This document shows positions 9,119 to 20,431 of a DNA stretch of 64,000 bases, one piece after another (the stretch's first letter is position 1; every line of letters begins with the position of its first letter). This DNA is from a virus, in the IMG/VR virus record IMGVR_UViG_3300033149_003526, positions 2,852 through 66,851 of that record. One strand, given 5' to 3'. The notes below the pieces were generated by a model. That model made no database searches. It was not told the origin of the DNA and worked only from the letters and a program-made list of their open reading frames with translations. The position numbers and the translations under genes are program-made.

Positions 9119-10357
9119 TTGTATATGTTCTGGAAAACATTATTTTCTGGAAAAAAACAAAACGAATCTGATAAAGAATCACAAATTATAGAAACCCCAT
9201 CAGCTTATGCTACTGAATTAGGAGGAGCTGAAAGTGTATCTGAAACATTAGATCCTAACACTATTGCTACTTTATATAATCGATCTGTATTGCTAAAACG
9301 TTATATTAAATATATAGTAAGTGAATGTTTAAGAAATGATATTATAGCAAGACCTAAACCAGAATATCAAAACAATAAAAAATCTAAAGATAAAGCAGAA
9401 AAACTAAATAATTTATTAGCATATTGTAATAAATACGAAACTTTTAGGGAAATAAGAGAAAAATATTTAAAAGATTATCTATTGTATGGTAGAGCAGGCA
9501 TAGAAATAGAACCTTCAGATGTGCATGAATTTCCTACTGCTTTATATGCTGTTCCCGGATACTGTATTAAATTAAATACTGATAATTCAGGTAATTTTAA
9601 AGATCCTGAAAAAGCATATTTAATAGTTAATCCTAGTAGAACAGATGAAATAGTAGCTACTTTTTCTTATTATTCTTTAGTGTATTTAATTTACGATAAA
9701 TTAAGTGATAGAGTGTATGGTGAATCTCCTATTTTATCTATATATAATGAAATTGTAGCAGATTTAAATGCTTCTGAAAATTTACAAAATGCAGGATCAT
9801 TAAAATCTGGTATAGTATCAGTAAAAAGGGCTAATAGAACAGTATTACAAAGTTTAATTGAAAAAATAAAGCAATTAATAAGAGTTAATGCTAAAGTTAA
9901 AATAGCTTCTATTAGTGCAGAAGATGCTAAATTTATAGATTTAACTAATGCTACAGTAGAAGAATTAGTATCTTTACAAAAATGGATAGCTCAAAAAGGT
10001 AATGTATATAATATTCCACTGTATATATTAGGTTTAGAAATAAAAGGATCTGCTACTGCAAGAGAACAAAAAGATGACTTTAGAGCATTAGTAGAAGAAA
10101 TAATTAAGTATGAAATAGATAAATTAAACGCTATTATTCTTAATGCTAGATTAGGCTGGAACGATGTAGAATTTTATTGTCCTAATTTAGCTACTAGAAT
10201 TACTTATGAAAGAACTAGGGTAGCAGTAAGATTAGTAAATGCAGGAATAATTACTCCTAATGAAGCTAGAACAGAATATTTAGGATTAAAACCATTAAAC
10301 GATCCTGAAGCAAATAAACTTCACTCAAAAACTTCTCCTAAAAAAACTGAAGAGTAA
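9119..10357 (+). CDS. Portal protein (HK97 family)
   Basis: DYLLYGRAGIE, YGESPI, GIITPNEAR..LGL motifs; follows TerL. Confidence 0.9.
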   Translation: MYMFWKTLFSGKKQNESDKESQIIETPSAYATELGGAESVSETLDPNTIATLYNRSVLLKRYIKYIVSECLRNDIIARPKPEYQNNKKSKDKAEKLNNLLAYCNKYETFREIREKYLKDYLLYGRAGIEIEPSDVHEFPTALYAVPGYCIKLNTDNSGNFKDPEKAYLIVNPSRTDEIVATFSYYSLVYLIYDKLSDRVYGESPILSIYNEIVADLNASENLQNAGSLKSGIVSVKRANRTVLQSLIEKIKQLIRVNAKVKIASISAEDAKFIDLTNATVEELVSLQKWIAQKGNVYNIPLYILGLEIKGSATAREQKDDFRALVEEIIKYEIDKLNAIILNARLGWNDVEFYCPNLATRITYERTRVAVRLVNAGIITPNEARTEYLGLKPLNDPEANKLHSKTSPKKTEE

Positions 10358-10359
10358 TA

Positions 10360-12933
10360 TTAAGAAATTCTCATTACTAATGCAGCTAAATTATATTTAA
10401 ATGAAATGTTATTTCCATAATATCGTCGTATAGAATAGTGTATTTGTATATAATGACCAGGTTTAATTGATTGTACGTTTGCATATCCTTGAAATCTAGT
10501 AACTGTTTCATTATTTGCAGCGTAAAAACTTCTATTTTGATTAGTTATAGAATCTTGTATTGTTATAACCCAAGTTGGATAACCGATAACTTCTATACCT
10601 GGTTTAGTAACATATAATACTTTACCAACTGCGATACCGTACTCTTCAGTAGTTTCTTTATACCCTGCCATAGCTAATGCATCAATTCTATCTTCTAAAG
10701 TAGCAAAATAATCAGTTAAATCTGTACCAAACCAATAATTACTAGTTAATACTAATTCTGTAGTTTTATTTTCTAAATTATACTTAACTTTTTGTATTAT
10801 AAGTTTCTTATTTTGTAAATAAGATAAATTAGTATTATCAATTTTTACAGCATATCCAATGCTTAAATCTGTTTTTACTCCATCAACTACACAGCTTCCT
10901 CCTATATAAGCATCTTTATAAGGTGCTATATACAATTCTGCAAATTTTTTAAGATCTCCAGTATCATCTCTTTGTCCTTCTATATATTTGAATCGATCAT
11001 CTACTAATGTTTTAATGTTTTTTACTCCAAAATCAGTATAAGCAGATCCAACCCATCCTGTATCGTATATTAAAAACAATGGATTACCGCTCTCATCAGT
11101 CATAATTGCTCCATCTTCATCCCTTTTGTAGTCTCCTCTTATTACTAACCTAGTTATTCTATCGGATAGATTATAGTTTACATTTAAATCTATAACTGTG
11201 TATTTATTGCTATCTACTGACTCTCCTTCACTGTGAACATATAAATTTTTAGTAGACAAATTAGTCAGATCGTAAACTTTAAAAATTTTGTCAAATCCTA
11301 AATACCAAGCATATATACCTGCTGATTTAAAAATGTATGATAATCCATTTCCAATTGTAGCGTTATTAAAATTTACTTTATAAAGAGTAAAATCTGGTAA
11401 ATCTCCAGCTATATCTCTACAATATAATTTTGGGGATGAATTTACTATTTTAATAATAATTGATTTAGAAGATACATTATAATCTGTATAGTTAAATACC
11501 CAAGGTGAGTTCTCGAAATATTTTCTAAATCCTACTGCATAATACTTAATAATTTGTTCGTTATTTTTAATACTATATGTAACAGATTCAATAAAACCTC
11601 CAAATTTTACTTGCCCATAAATAACTCCATATACCAACTGTCCTTCTTTAAACAGCGGGGTACTATCAAATTTAGTATATTGAACAAATTCCATTACATC
11701 TGCTTCATTAAAACTATTTGTAATATATGTAATACGAACGTTAGGATAATAAAATACTCCATTATGACTGACAACTAAACCATCTACTTGATCGTAAGGA
11801 GCATCACCTATATAAGTACCATTAGCATCTCTAATTTGTACACTAGACGGTAAATATATAATATCGATTTGATCATCACTATAAACTGAATTAGGTAATT
11901 TATAAGATATTAATCCTTGAGAATCTGGGAAAGAATCTGTTCGTTCTAAATCACTATCAATTTTAACACACTCACCATTTATACAAGTGTATCCAGAAGG
12001 ACAAGGATTGTTAGCATCACATTCTAAAGTTCTTTGATTTAATTCAGTAGTAGTTACTGGATCTTTTAATTTTTTAGGGGAATACACTAACCTTAGATAG
12101 CTAATATCTGAATATTTAAAACGGTACGTTTCTTTATTAAGCGTTACAGTAGTACCAAAAAAAATTCCAGTAGTAATTGTACTAACATCTTTTTCTACTA
12201 TATTGTTATCATTTTCATCTAACCATTCCCATTGTAGTAATAATTCTAAACTACGTATGTTTTCTTCATATGTAGTGGACGATACTTTAGATGCTTTAAT
12301 TGCCAAATAATTAAAAAAATTATTACTAGTTGCTATTCTAATAGTTTGTCCATCATTGCTTACAAAATCTACACCACTAAAAATATAATTAGATGGATCA
12401 GGATTATAGTTATTAATTAAATTTATAAGAGTAGATACATTTACTTTTACAGTATAATCGTAAATTTCATTATATATAGCATGCTCATGCTGCAAATCAA
12501 AATCAAAAAGTCCATGACAAGGAGTAGTTCCTGGATAATATCCTATATATCTTAAATTAAATCTATAATCTTTATATAGTTTACCATCTGCATTAACTGT
12601 AAATGCTGTATTAAATGGTAATCCATTTATATAATTTCCATTTTCAGAAATAACTCTTATTTCTGGTGCATCTCCATCATATACTACTACTGGATTATTT
12701 TTAGCTATGTTAAGTATAGAAGGCTTACAACTAGGATGTGTAGGATGTGAAATAGAATAATCCAAAAACATTATATAATTATAATATCCTTGACTAGCTG
12801 CATTTTTAAATACATTACTTAATAATAATTTAGTTTTATACTTATAATGTTTATTAATTTTATATGAAAATATATTTCCTATCGGTATTAAAGGAGAAAT
12901 TTCTACTAACCTAAATTTATAAATAACTCCCAT
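10360..12933 (-). CDS. Tail tip / hub-like structural protein
   Basis: Last gene of the tail operon; FGGFIESV, RLVIRG, IQKVKY patterns typical of tail hub proteins; contains a small Cys-rich insert. Confidence 0.6.
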   Translation of the reverse strand: MGVIYKFRLVEISPLIPIGNIFSYKINKHYKYKTKLLLSNVFKNAASQGYYNYIMFLDYSISHPTHPSCKPSILNIAKNNPVVVYDGDAPEIRVISENGNYINGLPFNTAFTVNADGKLYKDYRFNLRYIGYYPGTTPCHGLFDFDLQHEHAIYNEIYDYTVKVNVSTLINLINNYNPDPSNYIFSGVDFVSNDGQTIRIATSNNFFNYLAIKASKVSSTTYEENIRSLELLLQWEWLDENDNNIVEKDVSTITTGIFFGTTVTLNKETYRFKYSDISYLRLVYSPKKLKDPVTTTELNQRTLECDANNPCPSGYTCINGECVKIDSDLERTDSFPDSQGLISYKLPNSVYSDDQIDIIYLPSSVQIRDANGTYIGDAPYDQVDGLVVSHNGVFYYPNVRITYITNSFNEADVMEFVQYTKFDSTPLFKEGQLVYGVIYGQVKFGGFIESVTYSIKNNEQIIKYYAVGFRKYFENSPWVFNYTDYNVSSKSIIIKIVNSSPKLYCRDIAGDLPDFTLYKVNFNNATIGNGLSYIFKSAGIYAWYLGFDKIFKVYDLTNLSTKNLYVHSEGESVDSNKYTVIDLNVNYNLSDRITRLVIRGDYKRDEDGAIMTDESGNPLFLIYDTGWVGSAYTDFGVKNIKTLVDDRFKYIEGQRDDTGDLKKFAELYIAPYKDAYIGGSCVVDGVKTDLSIGYAVKIDNTNLSYLQNKKLIIQKVKYNLENKTTELVLTSNYWFGTDLTDYFATLEDRIDALAMAGYKETTEEYGIAVGKVLYVTKPGIEVIGYPTWVITIQDSITNQNRSFYAANNETVTRFQGYANVQSIKPGHYIQIHYSIRRYYGNNISFKYNLAALVMRIS

Positions 12934-12936
12934 TTT

Positions 12937-15054
12937 TTACCTCCGCTTTATGTAAAATCTAGTATATATATTATTTGGTTTAGAAACATCAGTTATTATT
13001 TGTCCATTTCTAATTTCATCGCTGTAATAAGACTCTAAAAACATTCTATAAGTATAATCATATAGTTTTTCTTGGTTTGTAATAGTAGTATATCCTACTC
13101 TGTTTGCCAAATCTATGTATTTCACTGTTATACCTAATTCTGGAAAAATTGGTAAATCAAATACAATAGTAAAATAATCTTTATAAGGCAATATAATATA
13201 CTTTATATTAGAATTTTCTCTATACAATAATATTCCACTAATAATAATTTTAGTTTCGATATTGCCTATATCACTAGTTAATAAATCGTATTTTTGATTT
13301 ATAAGACTAATATTTTCTCTTATAAAATTTTCTTGCAATGGTAAATTGTACAAATTGGTATTTCCTTTTCTAATTTTTAAATTTATATCAGTATTATATG
13401 TATTAAGATTAACAAATACTAAATATAATAATCCTTCATTAGCATTTATAGTATCAGTAGTTAAACTATTCCCATTTATAAACTGTAATTCGCTATTATT
13501 GTCTAGTATGTAACCATTAGATACGCTAATAGTAGCAGTTTGATTCCCATTATCTGTAACAGTAATATTAAACCCAGATAATGGTAAATGACTTAAAAAT
13601 ATTTCATGTAATTTAATATTGTTATAATTATTATAAATTTCTATTTTTTTAGGAGGTATCACCGTAGATGTAGTTGGTAATTCGTATTTAATAACAAATT
13701 TATTTCTATCTATCCTATCTAAATATCCACTATATTTTATATTTATATTTGTGTTAGAATAATAATATTTAATATTTAAAGCAACTTGAATATAATTGTT
13801 ACTATTGTTATTTTTAAATCTTACATAAACAGTTTTGTCTCCTTCGTTGTTATTACCTCCTACACTAGAGTTAGTTATATCTATATTAAATGGATTAGAT
13901 AAAGAAAAATACACAGTCCAATCAGTATTATTTAAAGAATACGAATATAAAGATATACAATTAGGAACTATTTTATCGTCTGTAAAATACACAGGTAGTA
14001 TATTATTACTAATATATCTATCATAAGATAATAAATCACTAATATGCTGATTAAAAAATAGTAATTCATAAGTAAATGGTGTTTGATTATTAAAAGACGA
14101 TGAAATAGCATCTGATATGTTTAACGAATAAATTCCATTAAAATTTGAAGTATCTATGTATTCAGTTTCAACTGTATCGTTTGCATTATTAGTAGAATAT
14201 ACTTTATTAATTTGTACAGTGGTAGATGTACCATCAGGCAATCTTAACGTAATTTTTGGATAAAATAAAATTGACGTATTAAATGTAATTACAAATTTTA
14301 CAGAATTTTCTTTTAAAATTACTGAATTGTATACGAATCCGCTATTACCTACTACTTTTACAGAACTTACTTCCAATGGAATTACTGTCTGAGAAATAGA
14401 TACGTTTACAGTTAAACCACTAGCACCATTAGCAATTTCTAGTATGTCTAAAGTAAGTATATCTCCTTTACTAAGCATATCTTTTACTGGTTTATTACTA
14501 AAAGCTACATTTGAACTACTATTTGCATATAAAACAGGATAATCATCTGGACTATAAAATATACTATCTCCATTAAGTTTTACATCTACTACTGTTTTAC
14601 CTGAAATACCTTTATTTTTACAATGTATAGATACATTTTCAATTTTTCCTAAAAAATATGGTATTAAAATTTGTTTCACATTTGAACCTACAGTAGGATC
14701 TTCTATATACCAAGTTTCATAGTGATATGGAGGTGAAATTTGGTATTCTCCAACCTTATAAAGTACTATATAATCCTTAGAAAACACACATTTATCAATA
14801 AACGATAACGCTGGGATTACCGTCTCATTAAACATTAGATAATCTTTTATATTTATAGTTTTTAATATATTTTCTTTTAAAGTTACACTGTCAATACTAT
14901 TAATTAACTGTATCAACTTTTTAAAAATAGTATCTTTATCTTTAATACTTAAATTGTCAGATAAATACATCCATTCAGATATATACCCAGAATGATATAA
15001 ATTACTAGGTGGATATTCTACACTAATTGTATTGCTATAAATGTTAGTACCCAT
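12937..15054 (-). CDS. Tail-associated structural protein
   Basis: Beta-rich N/S/T-rich sequence, Ig-like segment (EGDKTVYVRFK), position in the tail operon. Confidence 0.55.
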   Translation of the reverse strand: MGTNIYSNTISVEYPPSNLYHSGYISEWMYLSDNLSIKDKDTIFKKLIQLINSIDSVTLKENILKTINIKDYLMFNETVIPALSFIDKCVFSKDYIVLYKVGEYQISPPYHYETWYIEDPTVGSNVKQILIPYFLGKIENVSIHCKNKGISGKTVVDVKLNGDSIFYSPDDYPVLYANSSSNVAFSNKPVKDMLSKGDILTLDILEIANGASGLTVNVSISQTVIPLEVSSVKVVGNSGFVYNSVILKENSVKFVITFNTSILFYPKITLRLPDGTSTTVQINKVYSTNNANDTVETEYIDTSNFNGIYSLNISDAISSSFNNQTPFTYELLFFNQHISDLLSYDRYISNNILPVYFTDDKIVPNCISLYSYSLNNTDWTVYFSLSNPFNIDITNSSVGGNNNEGDKTVYVRFKNNNSNNYIQVALNIKYYYSNTNINIKYSGYLDRIDRNKFVIKYELPTTSTVIPPKKIEIYNNYNNIKLHEIFLSHLPLSGFNITVTDNGNQTATISVSNGYILDNNSELQFINGNSLTTDTINANEGLLYLVFVNLNTYNTDINLKIRKGNTNLYNLPLQENFIRENISLINQKYDLLTSDIGNIETKIIISGILLYRENSNIKYIILPYKDYFTIVFDLPIFPELGITVKYIDLANRVGYTTITNQEKLYDYTYRMFLESYYSDEIRNGQIITDVSKPNNIYTRFYIKRR

Positions 15055-15057
15055 AAT

Positions 15058-16155
15058 TTATGCTCCAAAATGAATAAAATTAAGTACATTATAATTAATT
15101 CTAGGATGCATTTGTAAAGAAGGTCTATACCCATATGTATTAGGAGTTAAAATTATCTCAGATTCCCATGTACTTATATCTTTTTTATATCGTCTACTAT
15201 ATACTTTATAATCGTCTCTTTTAGTATATATTACAATAATATTATCATAAGCATCGCAACCTAAACTAAGCATACCATGCATTAAAAAGTCTGACGAACT
15301 ACTTATAGATAATATTTCAGTACTATTTTTAAATACTTTAAAATAGTATGTAGAATCTGAATAATCGTAAAAATATACTGACCAATATACGTTACCATTA
15401 GAATCTACCACTAAACTTTTTGATAACCATTGATCGTTTATATCTGAAGATAACAGCATGTCTACTATAACAGTTTTAGATGACGCATCTATAGGACATT
15501 TTATAATTTTTACTCTACATTCATTAAAAAACGTAGAATAATAATATATTAAACCTATATATATATATCCTGAAGCATCTATATCAGCTCCTAATAAATA
15601 CGCATAAGGTGTAAAACTTAATGAGTGTATTAGATGATGATATGTGGTATCAAAATTATTTCCTTTGTCACTTGAATATTTTATATTCACCCATACACCG
15701 TTATATGTACCTTGATTAGGTATGTATCTGCTATCAAATGAAAAATAAATGTTATATAATGTATTAGAAGAAGATCTATTACTTAAAACTATTGATTGTC
15801 CTCTATTTCTTGAATAACTAATATCGTGTTCTAGTATAAATTCCCATGATCCTCCGTTTAATTTTCTATATACTTTTGCATTATAATTATTACCAGAAAC
15901 ATACACATTAAATCCTAAAAATATATCGTTATCTGGAGATCTTGATAAACTTACATACGCAGGACTATTCAAACTTTGTATTGTGTAATCCAACTGCCAA
16001 CCATTACCTTCATTTTTATATATTTCTATATCATTACTATCGTTGATAAAACATGTATATAAATGTCCGTTATTAAGCTGAATTATTCTATTTTGACCAA
16101 ATCCATATGCAGATTCTCCTATAATCTTAGCATCAGTATCTATTAATATACTCAT
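15058..16155 (-). CDS. Beta-propeller tail / receptor-binding-like protein
   Basis: Blade-like repeats (DASGYIYI, DSNGNVYW, DAYDNIIV) and an Asp-box-like YSSDKG. Confidence 0.5.
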   Translation of the reverse strand: MSILIDTDAKIIGESAYGFGQNRIIQLNNGHLYTCFINDSNDIEIYKNEGNGWQLDYTIQSLNSPAYVSLSRSPDNDIFLGFNVYVSGNNYNAKVYRKLNGGSWEFILEHDISYSRNRGQSIVLSNRSSSNTLYNIYFSFDSRYIPNQGTYNGVWVNIKYSSDKGNNFDTTYHHLIHSLSFTPYAYLLGADIDASGYIYIGLIYYYSTFFNECRVKIIKCPIDASSKTVIVDMLLSSDINDQWLSKSLVVDSNGNVYWSVYFYDYSDSTYYFKVFKNSTEILSISSSSDFLMHGMLSLGCDAYDNIIVIYTKRDDYKVYSRRYKKDISTWESEIILTPNTYGYRPSLQMHPRINYNVLNFIHFGA

Positions 16156-16178
16156 ATTAACCTCCTTCTAATATAGTA

Positions 16179-16619
16179 TTATGATCTACTTAATTCTATA
16201 GTCCATATAATTCCTACACTTTCTCCAGCTGTAAAATTCTTATCTGAAAAAGTTACTCTAGATAATAGTGTACCACCTGATAAACTATCAAATATACCTG
16301 CTTCTCTAATAGTAACAGAACTATTAAAAGTAAATATACCAGTTAATTTAGCTTTAAATGGAGATTCATAAGAAGCTCCTGCTAATACTCTATCTACTTC
16401 ATTACCTAAAGTAGTATCTCCATTACTAGGAGCTGTGCTACTACTTCCTATAGCTATATACTGAAACGGAGTAGTCTCTAACCCTATTAATAATTTAGCT
16501 GCTCTTTCTAAACCAGTATTTACTATTAAATTACTATGTCTCCATTCTTTTACAATATTACCATTTTTATCAAATTTTATTAATGTTATTACTCCTTTAA
16601 GTTTAAATAAATCGTTCAT
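16179..16619 (-). CDS. Tail fibre / collar attachment protein
   Basis: NLIVNTG...YIAIGS...TTLGNE...IREAGIF pattern common in phage tail-fibre base proteins. Confidence 0.65.
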   Translation of the reverse strand: MNDLFKLKGVITLIKFDKNGNIVKEWRHSNLIVNTGLERAAKLLIGLETTPFQYIAIGSSSTAPSNGDTTLGNEVDRVLAGASYESPFKAKLTGIFTFNSSVTIREAGIFDSLSGGTLLSRVTFSDKNFTAGESVGIIWTIELSRS

Positions 16620-16636
16620 AATTATTACCTCCTTTT

Positions 16637-17017
16637 TTATAAACTTTTAACAAATTCTATAGTAAAATGACTCCATCTATTATTTTCTTCTGATGGTCTA
16701 ATACTAACCACTGAACAATTATCTAGTGTTAAAGTATTTTCTATTTTTAATGTTCCTTTTTTATTTGCTATATTATTTATTAGATTTATTAAATATTGCT
16801 CTATCTCTAACCTACTATTAGCTATTTTAAATGCTCCCACTGTAATTCTAATTAAACCACCTCCCATTTCATCTCCCGAATATATTTGAACCCCTCTAGC
16901 TCTAGGTATTATTCTAGTCATTACGTTTCCTTCAAAAGTAGGATTCATCCAAGCCATTTGTCCTAAATCATATTCATTACTATCTACTATAAATTTTATT
17001 CTAGGTGCATAAGACAT
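16637..17017 (-). CDS. Probable distal tail protein
   Basis: Small beta-rich gene directly after the tape measure. Confidence 0.5.
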   Translation of the reverse strand: MSYAPRIKFIVDSNEYDLGQMAWMNPTFEGNVMTRIIPRARGVQIYSGDEMGGGLIRITVGAFKIANSRLEIEQYLINLINNIANKKGTLKIENTLTLDNCSVVSIRPSEENNRWSHFTIEFVKSL

Positions 17018-19317
17018 TAAAATTTCCTCCTATTTCTAGTAGATTCTAACATATTATGTAATCGTTTAACTGATTCATTTAAATTTAAATATTCTTCTTG
17101 CATTGTTTTTAAATATTTTTCTAAATTTACCCCTAATTCTTTTAAAGAAACTATAGTATTACTACCATAAATTCTTATATTTTCGTTAGTTTTAGCTGCT
17201 ACTCTTACAGCTTCTTTTGCATTAGTTACCACAGCATCCCCAATTATATATATTGAATCGTAATATTTTGATAAACTTTTAGCTATCTCATCTGCTGTAA
17301 ATAATTTTTTACCTTTTTCTATCTTCCCACCTGTAGCTAATTGTTCTTGTAATTGCTTTACTGTTTCTGCCACTACACTAGAAATATTTACTAATGATTC
17401 CATTTCTTGTAACCTTCTTTGCTCTATTTTTTGTCTTAATTTTTCTAATGTCTCATAATACTTTTTTTCTCCATGTAAAAATTTCATAAAACCTGGATGC
17501 TCAGTCCAAAATTTATATTTAAATTCAGGAGCTGTATATCTTTTATATGCTTCCCAAGGCATCCATTTATAAGTAGTTTTTAAAATTTCTGGTGTTACTG
17601 CCTCCTTAAATCCTTTACCAAACAGCCTACCTGCTTCTATACCTGCTATTTTAAATAATTTCCATATTCCATTAATTACTGTGCTTAAATCTGATAATAA
17701 TTTTTCCCATCTAATTTTTAATTCTATTTCAAATTCTCTTTTAGCATATTTTTCTGGATTTCTCAAAAGTTCAAATATGTTTTTAATATCTTCTGATATT
17801 CTTTCTCCATATTTTTTCATTATATTTTGTATTTCTGGTTTCATTAAAAATTGAGTTATAGGAGTAATTACATATTTAGTCAAAGCATCAGCTATAGGCG
17901 CCCATAATGTTTCTAAACCTAAAGCTCCTATTACTGTTTTTAGTTTAGTTAATGAAGTTCTAAATACTTCAACTTTACCTGGTGCTGTATCTAATATTTT
18001 AGAAACCATTCTATTAAATTTAGACATAGCAGTTTCCAAATCACCAAAAATACCTACCATTTTATCAACTTGTAAAGATAAAGTTTGTACTCCTTGTGAT
18101 TGCCTTATAGAAAACATTTCTTCTAGTATTCTTTGAAATTCTAAAGCTCCTATTTTATCTTTTAATTTAGCAAATTCTGCTATAACTTCATTTAATGGTC
18201 TAAATTTACCTCCTGCTTGGGTAAATAAAGTGTATAATGAATCTACTGCATCACCATAAGAGTTAAATTGATCTTTTAAAGCAGATATTTTTTCTGCTAA
18301 TTTATCTGCTTCTTCTGCTCTATTTTCTAATCGTAATTTATTTTCTTCTGCTACTAACTTATTAATAGTACGTTCTAAATTTAACATTTTATCTCCTAAA
18401 GTTTTCATTCTTTCTGCATAAGTTCTAGCTTTACCATCTGCTTTATATAGCTCTATTCCATACATTTTCATTAACCTAGCTGCCCTACCAGAAGGAGCCA
18501 TCATTCTAATTAATGCAGTTCTTAACCATCTAGCAATATGAGTAGATTCAGCTCCTGCTGCAGTACCAGCCATTACTGCTGCTGTAAATGATTTAACTGA
18601 ATCTATACCAGTACCATAAGTATTAACTATAACAGGTGCTAAATATTTAGATGCTTGTACTAATCCTCTAATAGTACCCACTGCATCAGTAGAACCTACT
18701 ACTAATATTGCTACTAATTTTCTAAAATCTTCAGCAGGCACTTTAAAAGCTGTAGCTAATCTAACCAAATCTAAAGCTAATTCTTTTGCATCTTCTCCAG
18801 TAACTAATTGAGCATCTGATAATGCTTGTAACATTTTTTCATATTGATTTAAATTAATACCTGCTTTAGATAAAGATACTGCTATATTTGCGATAGAATT
18901 AGATGTTAACGCTACATTTTTAGAAGCATCTAATGATATTCTTTTCATTTTTGATAAAGTATCTGAAAAAGTAAATCCTCCTTTAGTCATAATAGCAGAA
19001 GCTCTGGCAAAATTTAAAAATTGCTGTTGGGTATCTTTCATATAATTTTTTATAGAACGATTTATATCTCTAAATATATTAATTAATCCATAAGCTGCTG
19101 TTCTTAAAATCGCTGATCTTAATGTTCTAGCCATATCTCTAACAAACCTAGTAACACTTTTAGTCATTGAGCTAAATAAAAATGATACAGTAGTAGCTAC
19201 TGGTCTAAGTCCTTTAGCTATTGTTCCTAATCCTTGTAAAGCTGAATTTATATTTTTAAGCTTATTATAAACGTCATTATAATTTACCAGATTAAGCACT
19301 AATTTAATATCAGCCAT
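17017..19317 (-). CDS. Tail tape measure protein (TP901-like)
   Basis: Ala-rich helical protein, SKYLAPV / LRTALIRMMAPS / GKFRPLNEV motifs; follows two chaperone-sized genes. Confidence 0.88.
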   Translation of the reverse strand: MADIKLVLNLVNYNDVYNKLKNINSALQGLGTIAKGLRPVATTVSFLFSSMTKSVTRFVRDMARTLRSAILRTAAYGLINIFRDINRSIKNYMKDTQQQFLNFARASAIMTKGGFTFSDTLSKMKRISLDASKNVALTSNSIANIAVSLSKAGINLNQYEKMLQALSDAQLVTGEDAKELALDLVRLATAFKVPAEDFRKLVAILVVGSTDAVGTIRGLVQASKYLAPVIVNTYGTGIDSVKSFTAAVMAGTAAGAESTHIARWLRTALIRMMAPSGRAARLMKMYGIELYKADGKARTYAERMKTLGDKMLNLERTINKLVAEENKLRLENRAEEADKLAEKISALKDQFNSYGDAVDSLYTLFTQAGGKFRPLNEVIAEFAKLKDKIGALEFQRILEEMFSIRQSQGVQTLSLQVDKMVGIFGDLETAMSKFNRMVSKILDTAPGKVEVFRTSLTKLKTVIGALGLETLWAPIADALTKYVITPITQFLMKPEIQNIMKKYGERISEDIKNIFELLRNPEKYAKREFEIELKIRWEKLLSDLSTVINGIWKLFKIAGIEAGRLFGKGFKEAVTPEILKTTYKWMPWEAYKRYTAPEFKYKFWTEHPGFMKFLHGEKKYYETLEKLRQKIEQRRLQEMESLVNISSVVAETVKQLQEQLATGGKIEKGKKLFTADEIAKSLSKYYDSIYIIGDAVVTNAKEAVRVAAKTNENIRIYGSNTIVSLKELGVNLEKYLKTMQEEYLNLNESVKRLHNMLESTRNRRKF

Positions 19318-19320
19318 TTA

Positions 19321-19626
19321 TTATTTCTTTCCTCCTTCCAACTGTTGTAATAATTTTTTTAATTGTTCAAAATTTTTAACTTCTTCTTCTGCTGACAATT
19401 TTTTATCTTTTTTAACATAATAATTAGGTGATATTTTACCTGATAATGCTTTTATAATATTTAATTGCTGTCTTTGATCTTCTATGTTTTTTCTTTCTAT
19501 TATAGCTTTTATTAAACCAGTTATCTCTGGCATAGTTAAATTTTGTATATATTCTATACTCCATCCATATTCACTAGCTAATAAATCTATTATATAAAAA
19601 AATGATTTATCTAATTCAGTATACAT
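19321..19626 (-). CDS. Tail assembly chaperone (downstream gene)
   Basis: LASEYGWSIEYIQNLT pattern; position before the tape measure. Confidence 0.65.
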   Translation of the reverse strand: MYTELDKSFFYIIDLLASEYGWSIEYIQNLTMPEITGLIKAIIERKNIEDQRQQLNIIKALSGKISPNYYVKKDKKLSAEEEVKNFEQLKKLLQQLEGGKK

Positions 19627-19961
19627 TATATAGTAGTACCTCCTCCTAATAATTCACTAAAAGGATCTCTTAATGCATATTTAGCTATTTGCTCTATTAA
19701 ACTATTATCTAATAAAGTATCCACATCTTCTCTTTTAAAATCCTTATTGGTACGAGTAATAATATAATGTATAATATCCCCCTGCCACTTTATATAAGAA
19801 TCAGCAAAAGTATTTTCGTCGTCTAACTTAAGATTTTGAGCTAAATTGATACAATATTTACGTTCTGCAAGAGTTAAAGGACGAATAGTAATTATAGAAC
19901 CATTTAAAAGTTTGATTTCTAATTTATCAGGTTCAATTATTCTTTTATTTTCATTAAACAT
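19626..19961 (-). CDS. Tail assembly chaperone
   Basis: ITIRPLT motif; lies between tail tube and tape measure. Confidence 0.65.
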   Translation of the reverse strand: MFNENKRIIEPDKLEIKLLNGSIITIRPLTLAERKYCINLAQNLKLDDENTFADSYIKWQGDIIHYIITRTNKDFKREDVDTLLDNSLIEQIAKYALRDPFSELLGGGTTI

Positions 19962-20007
19962 ATTTTAAACACCTCCTTCTACTAATTTCATACTAAAAAT
20001 ATTAATA

Positions 20008-20382
20008 TTACGAACTATATGCTTTTCTTAATTCTAATCTATATGTAACAAATCCATTTTGAGTAGACGCTGTTTCCCAAGATACTGCCTTACATCTAGA
20101 TAAAGTTAAACCAGAAATGCCTCTATTTGGATTAGCTGCTGACGGTAATAATTCTACATCAACATATGTATTAGGTAATACAGTATCAGGATCTAATCCC
20201 TCAGTCCATTCAGCAAAAGCCACTGTGACGGTAATAGCTCTATTTCCTATTTCAATTTCTAAAGGATCCATATACCCACCACCATAAAAATCTACTGGAT
20301 TTCCATCTACTCTTACAGTTATTTCTGTACATTTAGCTATTGTTTTATTTCCTAACTTTATTCTACCAACACTAAAAATCAT
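20008..20382 (-). CDS. Major tail tube protein (minimal, 124 aa)
   Basis: Beta-rich, strong RBS, lies between the tail terminator and the chaperones. Confidence 0.65.
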   Translation of the reverse strand: MIFSVGRIKLGNKTIAKCTEITVRVDGNPVDFYGGGYMDPLEIEIGNRAITVTVAFAEWTEGLDPDTVLPNTYVDVELLPSAANPNRGISGLTLSRCKAVSWETASTQNGFVTYRLELRKAYSS

Positions 20383-20431
20383 AATTTTACACCTCCTTTT
20401 TTTAAGTCAATAGTTATCCAATATTGAAAAA

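Noticed and set aside
10352-10360. GAGTAATAT also at about 37528 as a possible inversion boundary
   Set aside because: Only 9 nt, in direct rather than inverted orientation, and expected by chance
10360-16155. Diversity-generating retroelement acting on tail genes
   Set aside because: No reverse transcriptase and no template/variable repeat pair noticed
19600-19680. Programmed -1 frameshift between the tail chaperones
   Set aside because: The -1 frame is open for only about nine codons before the ATG and has no XXXYYYZ heptamer; the downstream gene has its own GGAGGAGGT RBS and a TAATG overlap
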